Assembly: GCA_965649825.1 (NCBI GenBank)
Contig: OZ287697.1
Coordinates: 1,226,351 to 1,290,350, forward strand
DNA from: Penicillus capitatus
Lineage: Eukaryota; Plantae; Chlorophyta
DNA: 64,000 nucleotides
Direction of reading: 5' to 3'
A program made the translations under genes and the position numbers. Below are positions 43,435 through 56,752 of this stretch, piece by piece. Within the stretch, counting starts at the first letter, position 1, and the number at the start of each line of letters is the position of its first letter. The notes beneath the pieces were generated by a model. The model had not been told where the DNA came from. It made no database searches and saw nothing but the letters and a program-made list of their open reading frames with translations.

Positions 43435-46400
43435 ATGCGACGCTGTTTCCTTGTTTTGCTGTTGACGCTCGTCGTTTTTGCCGCAAGTGCGACCGCGTTC
43501 GTCTGTCGGAGGTTTTACCTAAGCCGAGCTTTGGCCGCAGAAACGGCAGAAGATGCCTCGACAACTTATGTTTCCACAAAGATTCTTAGCTCAGAACCGT
43601 CCGCAGTCTCAATAAGAAAGGCATCTGCACCGCCTAGTGCAAAAGAGTCTGCCTCGTTCCCGACGAAGCACTCGCACAGTACAGCTCCGCCCCTCACGTC
43701 CAAGACGCGCGAGACGGCAAAGAAAGAACGCCCATCTGTGGCTGGAAGAGGTCGGAGCGAGAGCCGTTCTCTGCGCCAGGACGATGGTCGCGACGACAAT
43801 CTCACAAGTAAGGGCCCTTTGATGTCTCCGAGAGCGCTTTCTTGACGCCAGCGCTCTTGGCCTTTGCAGGCGTTCCTTGTTTGCTTAGTGAACAAAGAAT
43901 CAGAGAACAACTGAACGTAGAAACAAGAACGTGGCGCATTAGCCCTTCGCTTCTCACTGACGTCGAAGATGACATCCAAGTCATTGTCGACTGTACGAAG
44001 CCCGGCGACGTCCTCTCCTTCAGTCCGAAGCGCAGAATCCGGCCGTCTTCGCGCATCGTCATACCATGGCCATTGACGTTGACTGCCCCAGTGAGCAGTC
44101 CCGACGTCGAAGAGGGCCTGTTCCCTCGTTCTGACACAAAGGCGATCTTCACCTGTCCGAGCGAGAGAGAAGGTGTATTCGTAGTGAAGTGAGCTTCGAG
44201 TTTACCCATCCGCCGTTGTCCGATGTCGATGCCGCGTTTAGATCGACGGGTGTTCTTTTCGCCAATCTGATCTTTGAGGGCTGCGCTATCAGTGCAGCGA
44301 ACAGCAATGAAGACGCCATCGTCAGAGTCGACGTCGACGACTGTGCATCGACTCGTGCAGACGATCAGCTGCGTCTGCACCACGTCGATTTCCGATATAA
44401 CAGCCTCGCCGAGAACAACGCCATCCGAGTGCACTCACCATCGTGCTTAAAGCTGGAACTCGTCGACCTTGGTTTCGAAGACAATACCTGCAGCGGTCCA
44501 TGCATCGTCTTCCCGTCCAATCAAAGCAGTCGGCTGCGCGACATCAGAGTCCAGAACATCACGTCGTCGGGAAAAGCTGCCGACGCCACGACCGCGTTTC
44601 GGGGTCCTCCTGGTTCGAAGATTAGCGTCACTCGGCTGACAGCAGCCAACAACACGATCCAGATCTTCAGCATCGAAGACGGCACACTGGTGCTAAACGA
44701 CTCGAAGCTGACGAACAACAGCGCGAGAGTTGGAAGTCCAATCTATCTGTCAAAGTCCAATGGAACATTCGAAAACGTCAGCTTCGCTGGAAACGGTGCC
44801 ACTCACAGCGCCGGATCCCTCATGTCGGACGACTCGGCGATCCACATTAATAACTGCACCTTCGAGGAGGGCAATGCCGCCGAATTCGGCGGGTTCGTCG
44901 ACGCCGAAGAACATTCTCTGGTGACCATCAGAGACTCGAACTTCAGTCGTGGCCAAGCGAAGGACGGAGGATGTCTTCGAGTACATCTCTCAAAGCTCAC
45001 TCTTCATAACGTGACGCTGCGAGAGTGTCATTCCGTGGTCGACGGAGCGGCGATTCGTCTGTCCAATGCGACTGCCAACATCAAAAACACTACGCTGGAT
45101 TCGAACAGAGCGGGCGACGATGGCGGATGCTTGTATGCAGAGTTCTCCAATGTTACCGGAGACGACTGAACCGTGAAGAACAACTCGGCTGGCGATCACG
45201 CAGGCGGACTCCGGGTGCGACTCGAGACGAATCTCAGTCTCGCCAACTCCGTTTTCCTCGACAACGAGGCAGACAGAGGGGGAGCCGTGTCTCAGGAGCT
45301 GGCTTCCGTCGTCAACTTCACAAATGTCTCATTCTCTGGCAACGTTGCTGCGACCGAGGGCGGTGCGTTCTACATCACCAATTCGACGACGATCCTCAGC
45401 AACTGCACTTTCAATGACAGCAGAGCTGATGATGGCGGTATCCTGTTCGCAAGGAAGATGACCACAGTGAACATTTCCTCGTCGATCATGAAGCATGGCA
45501 CTGCGAGACGCGGGGGGTGCCTGCTCGCTCTCGACGGGTCGGTCAGAGTTGCGAATTCGACGATGGAGAACTGCACGTCCAAGGAAGACGGCGGGGCCAT
45601 GCACCTGCGCAACATCGCAGCACACATCTCGAATTCCAGTTTTCTGTCGAATAGCGCAGAGGATAGTGGCGGAGCCGTCTTCGCCGATGAGAAGACCATT
45701 CTCGAAGGTCGGGAATGGTGCGTGAAAAACAACAGCGCCGGGGGCGACGGAGGTGGCGTTCTGTTGAAGCAGTCCACGATCCAAGTGAAGGACTCTCTCT
45801 TCCGAAACAACTCTGCTCTCCACGGCGGCGCTGTGCATCAGAGCTCTTCCTCAAATGGAACGTTCTTAAACGCGACGATGGTAAACAACACGTGCTCAAG
45901 GAATGGAGGGGCCTTCTTCACCGTCGATTCGTCAAGGCTGAATATCTCTAACTCTACGTTTCGTGGTGGAAGCGCAGAAGACGACGGCGTGTTCGTTGCA
46001 GCCATCTCGAACAGCTCTGTCGATCTGGAGCATGCCAACATGAAGAATGGACACGCAACGAATGGAGGAGCCGTCTTCGCAGTCGACAGTCTCTTCAAAG
46101 GAGATCATCTCAACGTCACCGAGTGTTCCGCCAGTTCAACGGGCGGAGGATTCTCCTTCGAATCCGTAAACGCGGCAATGCTCACAGTTCAGCTTAATCA
46201 CTCCATCGTGCAGAACAACACAGCTCGTCTAGGAGGTGAGGATCCGCAGCCGCTCTCTCATGCGGCCGATGTGTTATTCAGGTGGTCTGTATGTGACAAA
46301 CAGCAGTGGACACCTCAACTGCTCGGAGGGCAACTCCGACTGCTTCCTCGTCACTATGCTGAACACGACTTTCGTGAACAACAGCGCTGCTTATGCAGGA

Positions 46401-48801
46401 GGAGCGGTGTTCATGGGCTGCACCCAGAATGTGCACATCGATTGCCCTTCGAAGAATGAGGAGAAGACTGGTGGCGTCCACACAGAAAAGCGAAAGCGTT
46501 CTGTAGGTAGCCTCAATTCAACAGACGATGTCTGTGGGACATGGAAGAAGAACAACGCAAAACAGTATGGTGACGATGTTGCCACGTTCGTTTCCACGAT
46601 TGTGGCAACGGTGAGACTCAACGGCGAAAACACGACCGTCTCCAATACGAAGGATCCATGCCGAATCGGACCTTACAGAAGCGGAAGCTCCTTTCCCGTC
46701 GCTGTCAGAGCCGTTGACGATTTCGGACAGACTCCGGCGACCGGGAGAGATCATCGTCCTGTGGTATCCACAATTTCATCTCCAGACGATCTCTTCGCTG
46801 GAGACTACAGCATTCTCATGAATTCTGATCTGGAGTTCAATGTCACTGCTCACGCACGACCAGGCAACTACAGGATTCTCTTCGGATTCGGCGAAAAAAC
46901 GCTGAGAGATTTCGAGATCGTGGTGGAGGTGCAGCGATGCAAGATCGGAGAAGAGTCGTCCGAAGACAAGACGTCCTGCGAGCCCTGCAGTGCCGCCACC
47001 TACAACTTTGACTTGGATGATGAAGACTCCGAGTGTCAGCCTTGTCCCGACAACGGAAACTGTACCACCAGAATCATCCTGCCCAATCAAGGCTATTGGC
47101 ATCCGACACCCTGCTCTCCGCACATTCAGAAATGCCTTTCTACAGATGCCTGTAACAACGTCAGTCGGCAGCATAGACTGTTAGAACTCACAGATGATGT
47201 GGAATACTGTGACTTCAATGAAATGTTCATCAAGAACTACACATTAGCTCAGTGTAGCGAGGTATGTACCTTGCCAGCATGTGGAGGCGAGCTCTATCGC
47301 CATGTGTTTTTAGGGATATGTAGGACCGCTCTGCGGTTCATGTGACATCGGTTACGGAATCGTCCAGTTCGTCTCTTGCGAAGAGTGTTTCTCGGATGCC
47401 GTAAATGTACACCTCGTGCTTCTGTCCCTTCTGGTCTTCTTAATCCTGACAGCGATCACCGTGAGAGCGAATCTGGGATCCACAATCCGCGATTCGTCGG
47501 CTCGTAAGATGATGGTCGAAGTCTTTAAGGCAAGCAATTACCTTCATCGTTTTGCCTGATGCCAGATTTTTCGTCAGATTGCGGTGAACTATGCCCAAGT
47601 GACGGCCGTGGCTGTTTCGATCAACGTCTCCTGGGACCTGAACCTGGTCCGACTATTCGAAGCTGCCGGTAACGACATGAAACATCGATTACCATCTGAC
47701 GCACTCAGACGTCTGTGCATTCGTGTAGAGCTCGTCAGTGGAGTCGTCGCTGATGCCATCGAACGGGCTGTGCACTGTCTTCTTCCCGACGGCGCCATCG
47801 TGGAGCGATCCGTTTTTGGCATCCTGATGGACATGGCCGCTGTCAGCCTTGTCATCCTCATCTCTATTCTTTTCTGGATCATTGTCATGCCGTCCAGTCC
47901 TCGAGACTGGACATACCTCGCGAAGAGAGCGTTCCTCAGCGTCGTCGTCGTTCTTCATTTGGGCTACATCTCGCTGACAAGCACCTTCATCAGCATCCTC
48001 AACTGTATCGAAGTCAATGAACTGACGGAGACGATGGAAACGGCCACAACACAATACTGGACTACAGACACCAGCATTCGATGCCACGAGGGATCACATG
48101 CGATGCTGGAACGCGTCGTGGGCTGGCCCGGTCTGATCTTGCTCTCTCTGGGATTTCCCCTCATCACCGCGTGCGTCATCTCTCTGGGCAAACGGACGCA
48201 CAGGAGCGAAGGATGGATACAAGACCTCTTCGGTTTCATGTATCAATCCTACAAGGACAGTCACTGCTACTGGGAGTGTGTCGTCATTGGACGGAAGGCT
48301 GTCATTGCTGGTGTTGTCGTTCTTGCCTATCCACTGGGAGCCAGTCTCCAAGTCATGTTTGCCACCTTCGTCTTCACCGTCGCCCTCTACCTGCAAACAG
48401 CCTGTCGACCGTTCAGAGACGATCTCGATCTGCTGAACAACCTGGAAAGTTACTCCTTGCTCATATCGCTCCTGACGTTCATATCCAGTCTCTGCTTCGA
48501 TACGGATCGTCTCTCGTCGAGCGCCTGCCTGTCCATCGCTGTGGTAATATTGGTACTCAATCTGTTGTTCTTCTTCTTCCTGTTAACAATTCTGCTGAGA
48601 TCCTTTGCGGACCATCTCAGAGATGTGCTTACGAATCAGAATGTTTCATTTGATGCCGAAGCAAGTCGACTGCGTGTGTTGGCAATCTATCTTGTGGTTC
48701 ATCTGCCAGAATCTTTACGCAATGCGATTCGCATGTGGGCCAGTCGTCTTGCTGCACTCTATCGCAAACTTGAAAATGAAAACTACGAAACGAGGCCTTG
48801 A
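43435..48801 (+). pseudogene. Receptor B2, full-length but with one in-frame nonsense codon
   Basis: Exons 43435-43807, 43870-44188, 44242-46235, 46282-47261, 47314-47529, 47578-47668, 47729-48801. TGA at 45167-45169 where C1, D and C2 have TGG (GDDW). Intron 47530-47577 is GC-AG. Confidence 0.85.
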
Positions 48802-48939
48802 GCCTTTGCAGCTTTTGCATTCTTCCTTGACATGTCTGAACCCTCTTACTTAATCACACTGTTTTCTCGGGTCACACAAAAGCAGTTCGTTCACTGAAAC
48901 AATGACCATTATCGTTTCTTGCCATTATGTGACGATGCC

Positions 48940-49430
48940 GGAATGGAAGGCCGTCCTCGCAGTCGTTTTCGTCTTTTCTTACGAAATGGGTTCTGCCTCC
49001 ATGCTGTTCTTACGTCATCCGTCCTAATCGCAACCCGTCATCACTTCCAGACAGAATTGTCCCTACAGCGAGGAGTTTGATTCCATCAGTAATGTAGACA
49101 GCCTTTCCATTCTGCTTTCATTACTCTCTTTCGTCTGCGACATCCTCTTTGGGGATGATCACGCACCACCTGAGATCCGTGTGCTAGTCATTGTTTTCCT
49201 GCTCTGTATAAACACTATCTTTCTGTCTTTTTGGCCTGTCTTGTTTCCTTTGTAGTGGATCTGGAAACGGTGCGTCGGGGAAAGAATTCATTCTTCGCCG
49301 ACACATGCACATTTCGCATTCTCTGCGTGTATTTTTAATGCTTCTGTATTGATGTGAAAGATGCTTTAGTGCGATGGATCTATCATGGCAGATCTCGTCG
49401 CTCTGTATACTCCAAAATTTGAAGTTGCTC
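48940..49430 (+). pseudogene. Decayed membrane-domain fragment (copy of 18340-18830)
   Basis: Collinear copy with scattered substitutions. Confidence 0.78.
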
Positions 49431-49549
49431 TATCCTGGCGTACATTTCTTGCTGTGTGTCAAAATGAAAAGGGCGATTGCTTAACTTCTCCCAGCTTTCC
49501 TTGCCAGAATGATTTCGGGTGTCAAAGATACAAATAACTGTCAACTGGA

Positions 49550-52500
49550 TACCTGTTTAAACGGAAACGTCTCATTGTTGTGTGACGTTGTCTCCGTTCG
49601 TCTCTCTGTGTGCTGCGATATCTATCTCCTAGACATGAAGCGTAAGAGACAAATGTCTCACACTGCGAGAGTGACGTCTCGTTTCCGATTCCGGAAGATG
49701 CACAAAGCAGTATGTTCCTGATGCTTTGAGTCGTCTGCGTAGTTTCTCTGTTCAGGACAAAGTGAGCATCGCCTTCGTCTATCAATCATCACGTCCTCTG
49801 TGATTACTGCAGATGTTTGAGCGATGCGACGATATGAATGTCATTTCTGAAAATTTAAAATTGGGCAGAATGCGAGAACGACGACGACGTCACTAACGCG
49901 ACATCGTCAAAGATCTCACTCAGGTGTAGAATTACCATGTGTCCAATAAATCCGATAAACAAACGCGAGGTGCTCTGGTCGAAACTACTCAACTGACTGT
50001 CTAGCTTCTTGGAGGAATCCAAGCCTCGATATGCGGCAATTGTACGCAAGAAACAGTTCCGCGCTGAAGAACGCGTTTGTTTGCATTAAGCGCGATATGG
50101 TCGTTGAGCATCGGAATAGGGAGACCAATGAAAGAAGGTCTGCTCGATGGGGCACAACACAAAAGAAATAGCTCTCTCCGAGAGTTCGAATCTTGCAATG
50201 CCCTTGTCCAACCCATAGTAAAGCATACCTCACATCTCCGACCTCTCGGACTCTGATTGCCGACGCTAAAGGTTCGAGTACTTTTTCGCAACGCAGCCGA
50301 GCACATCTTCGGAGTGCATGAGAGGTGCATCCTTCCTTCCCCAGACGCAAACAGACGCCATGACTCGATCAGACGCACTTCGATCTTGAACAAAACACCT
50401 TCAGACGAGGGGCCGAGTGATAGATTGAATAGAAGATGGCAGTGGATGGAGTCCCGAGCCGCGAGGGTTGCCGAGTCATGTGACGAAGGAGATATGGTTC
50501 CTTCAGAGCATCCGCATCCTGGCGTGCAGGGTGCTCGTCAAGAGCGCTCTTGGCTTCGCCGCATCGAACGCGCTGCAGTTGATTTTGTGAATGAAGCACC
50601 CCACTCAAACAAGTTCAGTATCAGGTAGGGTAGGGTCGGCCATGATGCAATCGTTTGAATGCCACAATCCGTACGAATGCTTTTTGAAGAACCGAGGCGC
50701 CGAAGATGGAGACATCGCCGGGCGAACATCCTATGCGATGTGTTCGGTCAGTGCCGAGATCTCGACGCCAGCGTCGGCGACGGATACGAGAACCATCTGC
50801 GCACTCGCAGACGAAAATCTACCTCCGCCAGCCTAGGTGGTCTGTGGAAGGAGTTAAGACTCGCAACGCACTGCTCTGTTTGTCAACGCACCGTAATTTC
50901 TGCAGCCAAGACCTTGACTTAACACAGGCGCGAGGTGCATGCAGATCTCACGACTGGCGTTGGCGTTTTGGCGAACAGCGTCGGCCGTCACCAATGAGTG
51001 CGAGTACTCTAGACGCAGTTGTTGCTGGCGGTCGTCGATAGCTTGTGCAAGTATGCTTGTCTCGCAGAGATAGACCACCCCATAGGCGGTGAGCAAATCC
51101 AAACGTGACAGCCATGTATCCAACGTCGTCTTCGCCAGCGTTGGAGGGCGAGGAGCAGCGCATACATCATCATGTGATCATCACTCTGCGATTGTCGTTC
51201 CAGCCAACAGGATCCTTCTGTCTCGAGGACTTGATCTCTATCTCTGTCGGATGGGCGTCTGCATCGAGGTTCATTATGCTTCTTCTGTGACGTGACGCCG
51301 AAAGGAGAAGTTCAGAGCTTCGCGATTTAAGCGCGTTATCGTTTCTGAGAACGGTTGATTCTCTTATTCCTGTGAACACCAGGCGGCGCAGCTGCTCTGA
51401 ACGCAAGATTCCAGCCAACCCGTCAGCTTCCAGATGCTTTCCAATTGTGCGACGGTGGTTGCACGGTTCGTCGAGAGACTCGGCATTGACCATCAAGGAC
51501 ATGCCTAGCGGGATTTCTCCCTCAATTCACGTATGTGACAAACACAGCATCATGGCAACACTCGTGTATCCGCAGATGGAAAGTGTTGGGACAAAAATGG
51601 CAATAGAGGTGACAGCTGACGCAGAGCGAAGGACAGAGGGCGGTACAGCGCACTAACGGACGCCTACTCACATACCGTCGCGATAGTTGCATGTCGCGGA
51701 GGGACCATCCCTGACCTGTTGCACTGCGTATGGCTGAGACAGATGCTGTGGGTTTAGAGGACAGAGGCCGATGCCGTCGATGTCAAGTGGACATTCACCT
51801 CGGTCGCACTGTTTGAAGCTACCGGTGACGATCACGACAATGCTTGAGCTGAGTGCAGGGTGCGTTCAGTTCTTTCCAGCGTTCATCGATGGTGTCACCT
51901 CTGAAGCTGTCAATCGTTCTGTGTGTGGACTGCATTCGGGAGACTGCCCCCTCAGAACGTTCCATCGGAAGCATCGTCCGCGACGTTGTAACCAATTGGG
52001 TTATCTTTGCGTTTGTTGTGTCTTGGCTTATCATCAAGTCCCGACAAAAGATGACCTCGGTGCTTCTGCTGCAGGTGGTTTGAGTGTTTTTTTGGATTGG
52101 ATGCTTTTACATCTCTCTTTTGACAAGATCGAGAGAGCGTCTAGACAGTCTAGGGTTTATCAATGAATGGATCGAAAAGTGAATGTCCCGTTTGGGGCAC
52201 CCATCCGAGTCACTGCCAAGGCGGGGCACTACCCCATCTTCTTCCTGTGCGGCGCCATTCTTCACCAATACATTCTACAAATTCCGACAATTCTTTCGGG
52301 TGCTGGAAAAGGCACGCGATGGAGAGAGGTTCCGGTATCTGTCTTTGTAGCTTCCTCCGGTCCGCTTGGAACCGTGGGCATTCCAGAAGTAAGTGGTCTC
52401 TATCTTCCAATGCAGCCCCACACGGACAAGCCGGTGATTCTGCCAGAGCTCCGAATCTGAAGAGGTACTGGTTCGAGGGAAAATGGTTGGCTGCGAATTG

Positions 52501-55220
52501 CGAGAGTCTTAAAGCCTGAGGTCTCTCAAGATACTTCCCTGGAAAGTGTCCACGCCGGAAATTTTGTCAGATAAGCGGTCAGATAATGACTGGTCAGTCT
52601 CTCTCTAATGTCTCTTTCCGCCTCACCGTTCAAGTAGTGCGAGATTCGATATTTGATCCACGATCTGTCCGGGGGATCCCTTTCGGCCCGCAGCTGCTGT
52701 CCTCTGTGATGGAAGTCGCGCGCCGCCACTCTGCCAATGCTAGAGAGAGCCCAGGTTTCCATTTCTGGGTTGCCCAGAAAATCGAGTGACCTTCCAGGGA
52801 CCAGTCAAGCAGCTCTTGCTGGATCTGGATGCTGACCTCTGAGACGTTGGTCCAACTGAGAGCTGCTGTTTGAATTCGACCCGAGTCCAGAATCAGGCCA
52901 AGGCTTTGTCTTCGGTTCTGAGCCATCTGGGCCGACAGCTTCCTTAGTGCGCTCAGACCATTTCGCAAGCCCACGAGAGCAGAGATCTCCCATGACGTCC
53001 AGTCAGGATCCCACCAGCTTTCACCATGTCGAATACCACCATGCGAAAGTCCCCAGCTAGTACCAAGGCGGTGGCGGGTTCGGTCTTTTTGCGTTGAGAC
53101 AGTCAATATCCAGTCCGGGCGTTCGGAGACCGGGATCGGGCCGGAGCCTGATAAAAGGTCTATTTGGCGAGGAGGAATCGGGGACCAGGAGTGTATCTGT
53201 TGAGGTTGAATTTCCGGAGGTCTTCTGGGAGTAGCCCTCTGCCAGCGAGACCATGCGATTCTACGATAGCATTGACCCGCTGAGCGTTCTGATCTTGCTT
53301 GGTGAAACAGCGGGTTGGCCAGCACTCTATGTCTTCTTCTGGAGTCAAAGTACAGTGCTTGTTGCACAATTTGTTGTGCTGGCGGTCGAACTCCCGCGAG
53401 CGTGTACGCCGAGGGGTAGGAGGTGGTTCTGAACGTTCCAGTCAGCAGTAGGCATGCTTGTCGCATAGCTTTCTCCAGGGGGCTAGCTTTCAGCTCGTTG
53501 TACGCTGCACTTTGCCAAACTTCTGCTCCATAGTAGGCCGCAGGTTCGATGACACGACTGACCAGTTTTTCGACGGCTTCTGGTAACATGCCCCAGGTCG
53601 AGCCAGTCATTCGTCGGATCCAATCCAGACGAGCGCGGACTTTCCCAGCTGCACTTGCCACTTGGGGGCTCCAGGACAGTGTCTCATCGAGCCAGACACC
53701 TAGGTAAAGCACCGCGGCTTTCCTTACGAGTTGCTGGCCGCGCAGGAATAGGGGAAGGGTGTCGCCTCTTCTTCTTCTTTTCACAAATCTGATCTGAAAG
53801 CATTTCTCCGGAGCGAAGACCAGTCCTCTGTCTTGAGCCCAGGTATTCATGCGATCGAGAGTCTCCTGGAGCTTGTTCTGGGCTACCTTTTCAGATGGGG
53901 CTGCGCTGAGAATCAAGATGTCGTCAGCATAGGCTTGGGCATGGATTCCTTCTAAATCGTCAGCTAACTCCAGGATCGGATCCATGCCTATTATGAAAAG
54001 CAGCTGGGATAAGGGGCTTCCCTGAGGGGTCCCGATGGACGGGTGGTGTGTGAAGCATCCCCCTTCGAGGTCCAGCTTGGCTTCTCTATTACCGAAGAAG
54101 GATTGTATCCGGCGCATGAGGTAAGGGGGTGTTCATGCGATCTAATGCATTCAGTACCGCGGTGGGTCTAATGCTGTCGAAAGCACCTTTGATGTCCAGG
54201 GTGACCCCATATACCTCGCGGCCTGCCCCTTGGTTCCGTTCAATGAAATCTGTAGATCCACCAAAGCATCGGCCACTCCTCTCCCAACCCTGAATCCAAA
54301 CTGTCTGCAGGAGAAGCCGTTCTTGGATTCGATGAGCTGGGCCAGTCGATGTGCCGCAATCTGATGCACACATTTGGCAACGTGGTTTGAGTGTTTGTTC
54401 GTCGTCTTCTGTATCGGTCACATTTCTGTAAGCAAGACGTCGATCGACACCCTCAGCTGCATCGAAAAGCGCGATTTCATCACCGACGATGGCGATCGCG
54501 CAACAGACTGCTGGGCACTGAACGCTAGTATCAAATGCCATTAAAGCTCACATGCCGTTTTGGCAGTTCTGGGACAGACATTTCTTCTTCTCTCCGTCTC
54601 CGGTGTTCCTTCTGTCGCCGGATGCCTCATCGTCGAGAACATCGCAGACGAGTACAAAGAGGGATGGTGGATCTGCGACGTTTCTTGATGCTCTCTACCG
54701 TTCCTTCTCAGAGAGACTCGTTCTCTGGAAGTCCGTGATCGTGTCAAGAAAATCTCTTCTGGTCGCCATCTTTGTTTTCTGCTATTCCTTAGGCACGTAT
54801 GCGCAGCAAGTGATGTCTGTCGTGTTGGTTCTCATATTTGCTTTCTATGAGCAGATGGCCTGCCGGTCCTCATCGTCTGAACTTGACATCCTCGATGAAA
54901 TGGAAAGCGCCTAGATTCTCATTTTTCCGCTCGCTTCTGTCTCGAGTGTCTTCTTCAGTGATGGACGGGTCACATCAGACGGGCATTACGTGCTTCATGA
55001 CCCACAGTGTTGTGCTTTGCGACCTTGCACTTCCGATTTGCTTTCTCTCCTTTCTCTCCATTTTTGTTGCGAGTGCCTCAAGATTGTCTTGATCAGAGAG
55101 GGCGTGGCTGTTGATGAACATGCTGGACCGTATCACACCATTAAGGTCTGTATGCTCACTTGTATCATTGCCGGTGTCAGAGGAGCTCTTTCGCTGTTCT
55201 CGGTCTGTGGCAAGGAATGA
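49550..55220 (+). pseudogene. Old decayed receptor paralog interrupted by a LINE (copy of 18950-24620)
   Basis: Near-identical to the first copy, including the LINE insertion site. Confidence 0.7.
52090..54381 (-). mobile_element. 5'-truncated non-LTR retrotransposon, copy 2
   Basis: Same 15-bp target-site duplication (52075-52089 / 54382-54396); 495-aa ORF 54117-52630 with PQGSPLS, YADD, LTGTFRTTS and an RNase H-like tail. Confidence 0.95.
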
Positions 55221-56692
55221 CCGGCACAGATTCTCAGATACCTTGGAGGAACTTATTAAACTGTTAGGCCATTAGATGGATGTCAAACCATCTCGGTAGT
55301 ATCTGTTTCTATTTTTTACAATCTTTCATTTGCTACAGCCATCTTTCTGACGTAATGACAGTTGACTGTAAGGATTCTTGCATTTAGACAAATGTAGAAA
55401 CGTGTGACCGTAATGCTGAATGAAATGCTTGCCTAGAAACGGTCATTTCATACACAGAGCCTGGTATGCAGTGTGCCTCGTTCACGAGCATGGCCTGTTG
55501 CCATGAAGTAGTTGAAACACTTGATCTGAAGACACACAGAATCGCCGAAAGGTCTGTGTCTACTTTCTGAATGTCTTGGCTGTACGCCACGATCTGAAGT
55601 GTAGAGATTCTGCCATGTGCCGTGTCTTACTCAAATCAGATCTATCACTGAAATCCTCGCAAGAGAGTACTGCACCCAGAATAAACGTCATTGTGATCTG
55701 ATCGACTTATGCATGGTGTTTGGTCGAGTCTAAAAAGTGAGTTTCGCGTCCTTCAAAGCATGGACGCGGTCGAGCGCGTTTAGGACATAGATCAAGGCCA
55801 TGCAGGATCACACCTTCTAAGAAAGAGTACCGTCTCTGTGCTGTACTGCACAGGAAGGTCTCCAATACCGAACTCCGTAACTGTCAGACCAAATGACAGA
55901 TAGTCCAGTGGCAGGAGCACCTGACATTCTTCTCGTAATGCGAGTAAGCTGCAGAGGAAAGGGCACGCATCCACGAGCGATACTACTGTGTATCCGGTCA
56001 AAAGCGGCAGAACGCGCATAGCTATACGAAAGGCACGTCCACAGATATACCTCTGCTCAATGCGTTGATTCTCAGTCGACCTTTGTTATCTTCAAACAAC
56101 ATAACGGCATCAGGGGAGGGAACTCCGAACAGTAAGGGTCTCACGTGTTCCCACACTTGAAGGCGGACTCCCGTTGATCGCCTTTCTGTCAACAATCTGC
56201 TTCCGTTCTCTGCATAAAGACGGTGGACGTGAGTGCTGCGAGGCTAGAGCGAGTAAACGCGTACCTTCGGTGCTGACACTCCAGATGCACAGTCTCAGGC
56301 CAGATTCGCCGACGTCACGTAAGCGATAAGACAAAGTAGCAAAGCACGGTTCTATAACAGCGATAGCAGCGGTTGCTTTGACACTGTCATCAGGACATGC
56401 GACTGTGGACGGCGCGGTCTTTCCCAAGTCAAATCATGATCTGTGGTTGTTCGCTGCATGTCAACAAGTGTGGCTCTGCTCGACCTGAAAAGACGTTCAG
56501 GGGTCAGCTCGACGAACAGACGCTGGAAGAGGCACGCTGCGTTAGTTCTCTGCCCCGTCGGGAGAACAAGGGACGCACGCGTGCATCATGCACACCGACG
56601 CGTAGTCGCTGAGTCAGTTGCGTAGCTGCTGCATCAGGAATATTCCTTGCCTCATCTTCAGGCGATTTTCATGCAACAGGCCTCGTCCCGAC

Positions 56693-56699
56693 TATAAAA
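56693..56699 (+). promoter_or_regulatory. TATA box of receptor C2
   Basis: TATAAAA 60 nt upstream of ATG 56753. Confidence 0.7.
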
Positions 56700-56752
56700 G
56701 CCACATGGTCTGCAGGCGTCTGCGAGATCCGTCTCTCAGTTCTTCGTCGAAA

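Noticed and set aside
45167-45169. Alternative genetic code (TGA=Trp, or TAA/TAG=Gln as in some ulvophytes)
   Set aside because: Paralogs have TGG at this site and TGA terminates the B and D genes. The 2-kb exons contain no in-frame TAA or TAG, and Gln is encoded by CAA/CAG.
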